DNA of 64,000 nt from an uncultured Methyloversatilis sp. (GTDB taxonomy: Bacteria; Pseudomonadota; Gammaproteobacteria; Burkholderiales; Rhodocyclaceae), in assembly GCA_964477575.1 (NCBI GenBank), contig CAYZEA010000014.1, positions 12,520 through 76,519 on the forward strand. Reading direction: 5' to 3'. The translations under genes and the position numbers were made by a program. How positions within the stretch are numbered: the stretch's first letter is position 1; the number at the start of each line of letters is the position of its first letter. Shown here in pieces: positions 51,568 through 64,000 of the stretch. The notes beneath the pieces were generated by a model. It saw only the letters and a program-made list of their open reading frames with translations, searched no databases and was not told where the DNA came from.

Positions 51568-52417
51568 CCTGACCATGACCCGGTGGCAGACCCTGCGTTA
51601 CGTCGTCGCCGAGAATCCTTTGTCGCTGGCGGCCTTCCTGCTCCTCGCCGCCTTCGTGGTGCTGGCGCTGGTCGGGCCGTGGATCGCGCCCTTCGACGCG
51701 CTGGCCTCCAACGTCGGTGCGCCGCTGTCGCCGCCGTCGCTGGCGCACTGGTTCGGCACCGACTCGCTCGGCCGCGACATTGTCTCCCGCGTCATCATCG
51801 CCGCCCGTCTCGACCTCGGCATCGCGGTGGCGGCAGTCGGCATCTCCTGCATCCTCGGCGGACTGGCCGGCGCCTTCGCCGGCTATTTCGGCGGCTGGAC
51901 CGACCGCATCGTCGGCCGGCTGTCCGACACCATCATGGCTTTTCCGCTGTTCGTGCTGGCGATGGGCATCGTCGCCGCGCTCGGCAACACCGTGGCCAAC
52001 ATCGTCATCGCCACCGCCATCATCAACCTGCCCTTCTACATCCGCGTCGCGCGGGCCGAGTCAAACGTGCTGCGCAATGCCGGCTTCGTTGAGGCCGCGC
52101 GGTTGGCTGGTAACAGTGAGGTGCGTCTGCTGTTCTTCCATATCATCCCCAACATCCTGCCGCCGATGACCGTGCAGATCTCGCTCAACATGGGCTGGGC
52201 CATCCTCAACGCCGCCGGTCTCTCCTTCATCGGCCTCGGCGTGCGGCCGCCGGCCGCCGAGTGGGGCATCATGGTGGCCGAAGGCGCGCAGTACATCGTC
52301 TCCGGCGAATGGTGGATCGCGCTGTTCCCGGGCGCGGTGCTGATGCTGGCGGTGTTCTGCTTCAACCTGCTCGGCGATTCGCTGCGCGACCTGGTCGATC
52401 CGCGGAGACGCACTTGA
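51560..52417 (+). CDS. Dpp/Opp-type ABC permease C
   Basis: HWFGTD.LGRD, FVEAAR, LSFIGLG..P..EWG. Confidence 0.9.
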   Translation: MASLTMTRWQTLRYVVAENPLSLAAFLLLAAFVVLALVGPWIAPFDALASNVGAPLSPPSLAHWFGTDSLGRDIVSRVIIAARLDLGIAVAAVGISCILGGLAGAFAGYFGGWTDRIVGRLSDTIMAFPLFVLAMGIVAALGNTVANIVIATAIINLPFYIRVARAESNVLRNAGFVEAARLAGNSEVRLLFFHIIPNILPPMTVQISLNMGWAILNAAGLSFIGLGVRPPAAEWGIMVAEGAQYIVSGEWWIALFPGAVLMLAVFCFNLLGDSLRDLVDPRRRT

Positions 52418-53391
52418 ACAGCCTCCTCGAAATCGCCAAGCTTTCGCTGGAATTCCGCACCCGCAGCGGCGTGGTACGTGCGCTGGAGAACGTCAGCCTG
52501 CAATTGCCCGAGGGCGGCTCGCTCGGCTTGGTCGGCGAGAGCGGCTCAGGCAAGTCGGTGCTGTCCTTCGCCGTGCTCGGCATCCAGGACGCGGCGGCAC
52601 GCGTGACCGCAGGCACCATCCGCTTCGCCGGCACGGACCTGCTGGCCGATGGCGGCAGCGCCATGAAGAACATGCGCGGGCGCGAACTGTCGATGATTTT
52701 CCAGAACCCGCGCGTGGCGCTCAATCCCATCCGTCAGGTCGGACAGCAAATCGAGGACGTGCTGTTGCGCCACACCGCCCTGCGCGGCAAGGCGGCGCGC
52801 GACCGGGCCATCGAATGCCTGGCCGATGTGCGCATCCCCGATCCCGAGCGGCGCTATACCGCCTACCCCTTTGAACTGTCCGGCGGCATGTGTCAGCGCG
52901 TGATGATCGCCATCGCGCTGGCCTGCAAGCCGCGCCTGCTGATCGCCGATGAGCCGACCACGGGGCTGGACGTCACCACGCAGGCCGCGATCATGCGGCT
53001 GATCCGCGACCTCGGCCACGAGAAGGGCATGGCGACGCTGCTGATCACCCACGACCTCGGCCTTGCCCGCGACTTCTGCGACAACCTCGCCGTGATGCAC
53101 GCCGGCCACATCGTCGAGGTCGGCCCCACCGAAACCTTGTTTCGCGACCCCGCCCATCCCTACACCGCGCAACTGGTGCGCGCCACGCCGGTCGGCCAGG
53201 ACAAATTGGAGAATCTCGCTTCGATTCCCGGCAACTTGCCCGACCTGCGCCGCAGTGACTTGCCGCCGTGCCGATTCTCCGAGCGTTGCGAGCGACGCAA
53301 CGATGCCTGCGCCGCCGTGCTGCCGAGCGTCGATGCAGGCACGGGCCACAGCGTTGCCTGTCACCATCCGCAAGTGAGGCAAATGTCATGA
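52414..53391 (+). CDS. Dpp/Opp-type ABC ATPase D
   Basis: [26 protein letters not shown]-terminal Cys cluster; TTG start inferred. Confidence 0.9.
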   Translation: MNSLLEIAKLSLEFRTRSGVVRALENVSLQLPEGGSLGLVGESGSGKSVLSFAVLGIQDAAARVTAGTIRFAGTDLLADGGSAMKNMRGRELSMIFQNPRVALNPIRQVGQQIEDVLLRHTALRGKAARDRAIECLADVRIPDPERRYTAYPFELSGGMCQRVMIAIALACKPRLLIADEPTTGLDVTTQAAIMRLIRDLGHEKGMATLLITHDLGLARDFCDNLAVMHAGHIVEVGPTETLFRDPAHPYTAQLVRATPVGQDKLENLASIPGNLPDLRRSDLPPCRFSERCERRNDACAAVLPSVDAGTGHSVACHHPQVRQMS

Positions 53392-54530
53392 GCCAGTTGC
53401 TCGAAGCCATCGATCTGGTCAAGCGCTTTCCCGTGCGCATCAAGGGCAAGAAGAAACACTTGCATGCGGTCGACGGCCTCAACTTCCACATCGACGCCGG
53501 CGAGACCGTCGGCCTCGTCGGTGAGTCCGGCTGCGGCAAATCGACCCTGGTGCGCCTGCTGACGCGGACGCTGGACATCACCGAAGGCCACGTGCGCTTC
53601 CACAGCCACGGCATCGGCCTGATTCCGGCGCGCGCCATGGCCGACCACCCGCTGCGGCGCGAGATCCAGATGGTGTTCCAGGACCCGACCGACAGCCTCA
53701 ATCCGCGCTATACCGCGCGCCAGACCATCGCCGAGGCCGCGCGCCTGCTCACCGACACGCGCGGCGCCAGCGCCATCGACAGCGCCGTCGAGGAAGCCGC
53801 TGCGCACGTTGGCCTGCCACCGGAACTGCTCGACCGCTTCCCCCACCAGCTTTCCGGCGGGCAGAAGGCACGCGTCGGCATCGCCCGCGCCATCGTCGTC
53901 AAGCCGCGCCTGCTGGTCCTGGATGAGCCGACCGCGGCGCTCGACGTCTCGGTGCAGGCGGTGATCCTGCAGTTGCTCGACCGCTTGAAGCGCGAGATGA
54001 ACATGAGCTTCCTCTTCGTCTCGCACGACCTCAACGTGGTGCGTCTGCTCTGTGACCGCGTGATGGTGATGTACCTCGGCCAGATCGTCGAGAGTGGCCC
54101 GGCCCGCGAAGTCTTCGAGCGGCCGTTGCACCCCTATACCCGTGCGCTGATCGCGTCCCTGCCCGGTGGTCACGGCAACAGCAACGATAGCGACCTGCTG
54201 GTCGGCGGTGATCCGCAAAGCCCGATCGACCCCGATGCCCACCGCTGCCGCCTTTACGGTCGCTGCCCGCGCGGCGTCGAGCGCTGCCAGACCCAGGCGC
54301 CAACGCTGCGCGAGGTCTCGCGCGGGCGTGCTGCTGCTTGTCACTTCGTGGCACCGACGGAACGCGAGGTGTTCATCGCCGCCGCCCTGGCCGTGCACAA
54401 GATTCATGTGGCCCCGGCGCGACGGGCGGCGCTGACGAACGAGTTCGATCGCGTCGCCGACATGGCGCGATTGGTGCAGGCAGTGCGACTGCCCGACGAC
54501 ACCTCGCCTGCGCCGCAGTACAGACCATGA
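53388..54530 (+). CDS. Dpp/Opp-type ABC ATPase F with C-terminal AtzG/DUF4089-like extension
   Basis: GESGCGKST, LSGGQK; after the usual ACH terminus about 60 extra aa ending PDDTSPAPQYRP. Confidence 0.82.
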   Translation: MSQLLEAIDLVKRFPVRIKGKKKHLHAVDGLNFHIDAGETVGLVGESGCGKSTLVRLLTRTLDITEGHVRFHSHGIGLIPARAMADHPLRREIQMVFQDPTDSLNPRYTARQTIAEAARLLTDTRGASAIDSAVEEAAAHVGLPPELLDRFPHQLSGGQKARVGIARAIVVKPRLLVLDEPTAALDVSVQAVILQLLDRLKREMNMSFLFVSHDLNVVRLLCDRVMVMYLGQIVESGPAREVFERPLHPYTRALIASLPGGHGNSNDSDLLVGGDPQSPIDPDAHRCRLYGRCPRGVERCQTQAPTLREVSRGRAAACHFVAPTEREVFIAAALAVHKIHVAPARRAALTNEFDRVADMARLVQAVRLPDDTSPAPQYRP

Positions 54531-54540
54531 CCCGCCGCCC

Positions 54541-55941
54541 ATGAGCGACCTCCCTTCCACCGCCACGGCCATTGCCGCCGCCTTTGCCCGCGGCGATATG
54601 TCCGCGCGGGAAATCGCGGCCGCGACACTGGAGCGCATCGCCGCGCACAATCCCGCAATCAATGCGTTCACGGCCATCACGGCCGAGCGCGCACTGAGCG
54701 AGGCCGACGCGCTTGACGCGGCGCGAGGGCGCGGCGAGCCATCGAAGCCGCTGGCTGCCGTGCCCTATGCGGTCAAGAACCTGTTCGACATCGCCGGCAT
54801 GACGACGCTCGCCGGCGCCAGGCTGCTGGCCGGCAATCCACCGGCTACCGCGGACGCCACGCTGGTGCAGCGCATGCATGCCGCCGGCGGCATGCTCACC
54901 GGTGCGCTCAACATGGACGCACTGGCCTACGGCTTCACCACCGAGAACACGCACTACGGCGCCACGCGCAATCCGCATGACCCGGCGCGCACCGCCGGCG
55001 GCTCATCCGGCGGCTCCGGTGCAGCCGTCGCCGCCGGCCTGGTGCCCATTGCGCTCGGCTCCGACACCAACGGTTCGATCCGCGTGCCCGCCTCGCTCTG
55101 CGGCGTCTTTGGCCTCAAGCCGACCTATGGCCGGCTGCCGCGCAGCGGCAGTTTCCCCTTCGTGCACAGCCTCGACCATCTCGGCCCGCTAGCCGCAACG
55201 GTTGAGGATCTGGCACTTGCCTACGACATACTGCAAGGGCCCGACGGACGCGATCCGGCCTGTGCCCAACGCGACATCGAAGCCACCACCGACTCGCTCG
55301 CGCGCGGGCTCGACGGCCTGCGCGTGGCGCGGCTGGGCGGCTATTTCGACGACCAGGCCAGCGCATCGGCACGTGCCGCATCCGAGCGCGTCGCCCGGGC
55401 GCTGGGCAGCCTGGGCGATGTCGTCCTACCCGAGGTTGCGGCGGCGCGTGCCGCCGCCTTCGTCATTACCGCGGCCGAGGGCGGGGCATTGCACCTGCAG
55501 GCCCTGCGCGAACGGCCGGAGGACTTCGAGCCGCTGTCGCGCGAGCGACTCCTGGCCGGGGCGATGGTGCCGGCCGTCTGGGTGGAGCAGGCGCAGAAGC
55601 TGCGCAACTGGTTCCGCCGGCGTGCCTTCGAAGTCTTCCGCGACGTCGACCTGTTGATCGCGCCGGCGACACCGGTAACCGCGACGCTGCTCGGGCAGGA
55701 AAGCATCATGATCAATGGACGGACGTTGCCGACACGTCCCAGCATGGGCCTACTGACGCAGCCCATCTCCTTCATCGGTCTGCCGGTTGCCGTAGCGCCC
55801 ATGTGGGTTGGCGGCAGCGGACTGCCGATCGGTGTACAGTTGATTGCCGCGCCGTGGCGCGAGGACGTTTGTCTGCGTGCAGCATGGGCCATGCAGCAAT
55901 CCGGTGTGGCATCCACGATGCGGCCCGATGATCACGCCTGA
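54541..55941 (+). CDS. AtzE-family amidohydrolase
   Basis: [54 protein letters not shown]. Confidence 0.88.
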   Translation: MSDLPSTATAIAAAFARGDMSAREIAAATLERIAAHNPAINAFTAITAERALSEADALDAARGRGEPSKPLAAVPYAVKNLFDIAGMTTLAGARLLAGNPPATADATLVQRMHAAGGMLTGALNMDALAYGFTTENTHYGATRNPHDPARTAGGSSGGSGAAVAAGLVPIALGSDTNGSIRVPASLCGVFGLKPTYGRLPRSGSFPFVHSLDHLGPLAATVEDLALAYDILQGPDGRDPACAQRDIEATTDSLARGLDGLRVARLGGYFDDQASASARAASERVARALGSLGDVVLPEVAAARAAAFVITAAEGGALHLQALRERPEDFEPLSRERLLAGAMVPAVWVEQAQKLRNWFRRRAFEVFRDVDLLIAPATPVTATLLGQESIMINGRTLPTRPSMGLLTQPISFIGLPVAVAPMWVGGSGLPIGVQLIAAPWREDVCLRAAWAMQQSGVASTMRPDDHA

Positions 55942-56317
55942 GACCATTAACCACCCCGCGACGCTCGCGGAAGTTCGTGCAGTGTTTGCACGCTATGAGG
56001 TGGCGCTGACCGGCAACGATCTCGCCACGCTCGATGAACTGTTCTGGGACAGCACCTTGACGCTACGTTATGGCGCAGGCGAAAATCTGTACGGCATCGA
56101 AGCCATTCGTGCCTTTCGACAGGCCCGCAACCCCGCCGGACTCGCCCGCACCCTACACCATACCGTGATTACGACTTTTGGCGATAATTGCGCCACCGCC
56201 AATACCGAGTTTCAACGAGAGGGACAGCCAGGGACCACGGGACGTCAGAGCCAGACTTGGGTGCGTATGTCCGAAGGCTGGCGTATCGTTGCCGCACACG
56301 TTAGTTTGATTCGTTAA
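55928..56317 (+). CDS. AtzH/HpxZ (DUF3225) family protein
   Basis: F.RYE.AL..ND...[31 protein letters not shown]. Confidence 0.88.
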   Translation: MITPETINHPATLAEVRAVFARYEVALTGNDLATLDELFWDSTLTLRYGAGENLYGIEAIRAFRQARNPAGLARTLHHTVITTFGDNCATANTEFQREGQPGTTGRQSQTWVRMSEGWRIVAAHVSLIR

Positions 56318-56319
56318 TC

Positions 56320-56991
56320 ATGGCCGAGAAAAGTCGCGCCCGCCTGTCCGAGATGGTCTATGACCGGTTGAAGCAAGACATTTTCGAGTTCCACATGCTG
56401 CCCGGTGACCGGTTGACGGAAACCGAACTGGCCGAGACACTGGGGGTAAGCCGCACCCCAGTACGTCAGGCCTTGCATCGCTTGGAACAGGAGGGCTACC
56501 TTCGGCTAGCTTTTCGCAATGGCTGGAATGTGCAGCCCTTTGAGTTCAAGCGTTTCGAGCAACTCTACGACTTGCGCATCATTCTTGAACTCGCCGCCGT
56601 ACAGCAGATCTGCGATGCCGAGGCAACCGCAGATCTATCGGCACTGTCGGCAATTTGGCTGGTGCCACTAGAGCAGCGCCTCAGCGATGCCCGCCTTGTG
56701 TCCGAGTACGATGAAACTTTCCATCAGGGCCTCGTCATAGCCACAGGCAACGACGAGATGACACATGTTCACCGTGACATCACAGAGAAGATACGCATCA
56801 TCCGCCGCTTGGATTTCACCAAAGAAGCCCGTATTCATGCTACGTATGACGAACATGGGGAAATCCTCCGGTTGCTGATCAAACGCAAGGCGGTTCAGGC
56901 AGCTATGCTCTTGCGTTCGCATATCGAAGCGAGCAAGGCCGAGGTCCGGAAGATTACCCTGCACATGCTGCACACGGCAGCAAGTCGATAA
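56320..56991 (+). CDS. GntR/FCD-family regulator
   Basis: PGDRLTE..LA..LGVSRTPVRQAL; DETFH; EH. Confidence 0.92.
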   Translation: MAEKSRARLSEMVYDRLKQDIFEFHMLPGDRLTETELAETLGVSRTPVRQALHRLEQEGYLRLAFRNGWNVQPFEFKRFEQLYDLRIILELAAVQQICDAEATADLSALSAIWLVPLEQRLSDARLVSEYDETFHQGLVIATGNDEMTHVHRDITEKIRIIRRLDFTKEARIHATYDEHGEILRLLIKRKAVQAAMLLRSHIEASKAEVRKITLHMLHTAASR

Positions 56992-57299
56992 ATGCCTCAT
57001 TGAGGTAATTTGGGACGATTCAACAATGAGTTCAGCACCAGTCAGCCTACTACTGGGGGGAATGATTGCCACACTAGCCGTAAGTGGTCAAGTTTTACTC
57101 GGATAGCTGACATAGAGCCCACAACAGCGGGAAGGACCGAATTGGGTCGGGACGCGAACTACCCCTCTCCAAGTTCATCGCCGTAAAGCTGCCGTTGGAG
57201 TTTCGCTTCCCGGAAGCAGACCTTCATCACTGAGTGTAGCTGACCCACAGCCGACCGTGAGCCTGCGGTCTGTGTCGGGCGGCAATGCGCTGGATAGTC

Positions 57300-57321
57300 G
57301 CCGTCCCGTCAGCGCCGACTT

Positions 57322-57323
<2 letters not shown>
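57300..57323 (+). repeat. 24-bp motif, copy 12 (overlaps mfd stop, right edge of accessory block)
   Basis: GCCGTCCCGTCAGCGCCGACTTTT. Confidence 0.95.
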
Positions 57324-60735
<3,412 letters not shown>

Positions 60736-60773
60736 GATTGGGCGGGGCGCGAATTATCGCATCGCGCTGATTT

Positions 60774-60797
60774 GCCGTCCCGCCAGCGTCGACTTTT
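60774..60797 (+). repeat. 24-bp motif, copy 14 (between dnaJ stop and mfd start)
   Basis: GCCGTCCCGCCAGCGTCGACTTTT. Confidence 0.95.
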
Positions 60798-60800
60798 CAG

Positions 60801-61934
60801 TCAGCCGCTAAAAAACTCCCGTACTTTGTCGAGCCAACCCTGCGCCTTAGGGTTGTGGGTGGCGTGGTTGCCTTGGCTGATTTCTTCGAATTCGCGCAAC
60901 AATTCCCGCTGGCGCTCGGTCAGGCTTACCGGGGTTTCGACGACGACATGGCAAAGCAGGTCACCCTGGCTGATCGAGCGTACGCCCTTGATGCCCTTGC
61001 CGCGCAGGCGGAAGACCTTGCCGGTCTGGGTTTCTGGCGGCACTTTGAGTTTTGCAACACCATCCAGCGTGGGAATCTCGATTTCGCCACCGAGGGCTGC
61101 CGTGGTGAAGCTGACCGGCATTTCGCAATGCAGGTCGTCGTGATCGCGCTGGAAGACGGTGTGCGGCTTGAGGTGGATCTGCACGTAGAGGTCGCCGGGC
61201 GGGCCGCCATTGACGCCGGGCTCGCCCTCGCCGGAAAGCCGAATGCGATCGCCCTCGTCGATACCGGCAGGAATTTTGACTGAAAGCGTCTTGTGCTGCT
61301 TGACGCGGCCGCCGCCATGGCAGGTGGGGCAGGGGTCGGCGATAAAGCGGCCGGTGCCGTGACACTTCGGGCAGGTCTGCTGGATCGAGAAGAAGCCTTG
61401 CTGCATGCGTACCTGGCCGTGGCCGCCGCAGGTCGGGCAGACCTTGGGCTCGGTGCCTTTTTTCGCACCGCTGCCGTGGCAGCCATCGCATTCGGCCATG
61501 GTCGGGATGCGGATGCGTGTTTCGGTGCCGCGGGCGGCTTCTTCGAGCGTGACTTCAAGGTTGTAGCGCAGGTCGGCGCCGCGATAGACGTTGGAGCGAC
61601 TGCCGCCGCCACCGCCGCGATTGCCGAAGATGTCGCCGAAGATGTCCGAGAAGGCATCGCTGAAGTTGCCGAAGCCGGCCCCGCCGCCTGCGCCGCCACC
61701 CATCGAGGGATCGACGCCGGCGTGGCCGAACTGGTCGTAGGCCTGGCGCTTCTTCGCATCCGACAGGATCTCGTAGGCCTCCTTCGCCTCCTTGAAGAGT
61801 TCCTCGGACTTCGGATTGTCCGGGTTGCGGTCGGGATGGTGCTTCATCGCCAGACGGCGATAAGCCTTCTTGATCTCTTCGTCGGACGCGTCGCGATTGA
61901 CGCCCAGTATTTCGTAGTAGTCGCGTTTTGCCAT
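60801..61934 (-). CDS. dnaJ: Chaperone DnaJ
   Basis: HPD, G/F region, four CxxCxGxG. Confidence 0.98.
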   Translation of the reverse strand: MAKRDYYEILGVNRDASDEEIKKAYRRLAMKHHPDRNPDNPKSEELFKEAKEAYEILSDAKKRQAYDQFGHAGVDPSMGGGAGGGAGFGNFSDAFSDIFGDIFGNRGGGGGSRSNVYRGADLRYNLEVTLEEAARGTETRIRIPTMAECDGCHGSGAKKGTEPKVCPTCGGHGQVRMQQGFFSIQQTCPKCHGTGRFIADPCPTCHGGGRVKQHKTLSVKIPAGIDEGDRIRLSGEGEPGVNGGPPGDLYVQIHLKPHTVFQRDHDDLHCEMPVSFTTAALGGEIEIPTLDGVAKLKVPPETQTGKVFRLRGKGIKGVRSISQGDLLCHVVVETPVSLTERQRELLREFEEISQGNHATHNPKAQGWLDKVREFFSG

Positions 61935-61963
61935 GTGTTTCTGACCAGTCGTTTCAGTGCAAA

Positions 61964-62005
61964 GGCCGAGTTAAGGGGCGCAACTGCGCCCGCTTCAACT
62001 CGGCC
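61964..62005. other. dnaK-dnaJ intercistronic hairpin
   Basis: GGCCGAGTT..GGGCGCA / TGCGCCC..AACTCGGCC. Confidence 0.6.
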
Positions 62006-62030
62006 ACTTAAACGCCGCGCAGCGGCCGGT

Positions 62031-63965
<1,935 letters not shown>

Positions 63966-64000
63966 TTTTCGTGTCCTTTAATGCTTGAATTTATAAAAAA

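Larger units (their letters stand above)
43083..57299. mobile_element. Putative accessory island without an integrase, between the DAHP synthase gene and mfd
   Basis: All genes on + inside a minus-strand core run; AT-richer scar-like spacers at 43085-43350, 46600-47060 and 56990-57299; bounded by an inverted pair of the 24-bp motif. Confidence 0.6.

Overview
GC-rich betaproteobacterial chromosome segment; gene content suggests a Rhodocyclales/Sterolibacteriaceae-like organism (inference only). Left to right: (1) assimilatory nitrate/nitrite cluster nasT-nasFED-nirBD-nasA with a sigma54/NtrC promoter and a complete ANTAR antitermination leader; (2) periplasmic nitrate reductase napDAGHB-cytc-napC divergent from narXL; (3) a ~13 kb accessory block ending at tRNA-Glu, with nhaR, an HPF-like protein, purEK, TerB/TerC-like proteins, Usp, YccA, YqaA, a NaChBac-type channel, ExoD and two pseudogenes; (4) suhB, trmJ, cysE, the isc operon, a rhodanese, tatD, DUF1015 and a DAHP synthase; (5) a ~14 kb accessory block with a binding protein plus hybrid kinase and an atzF/ABC/atzE/atzH/GntR nitrogen-scavenging operon; (6) mfd, dnaJ, dnaK. 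Main discovery: a non-palindromic 24-bp motif, consensus GCCGTCYCGCCAGCGCCGACTTTT, occurs at least 14 times on both strands. Ten copies lie in protein-coding sequence, read in four different frames, and an inverted pair brackets the 14 kb block. This behaviour resembles a DNA-uptake sequence (it shares GCCGTC with the Neisseria DUS) in a lineage where I know of none. Function is untested.
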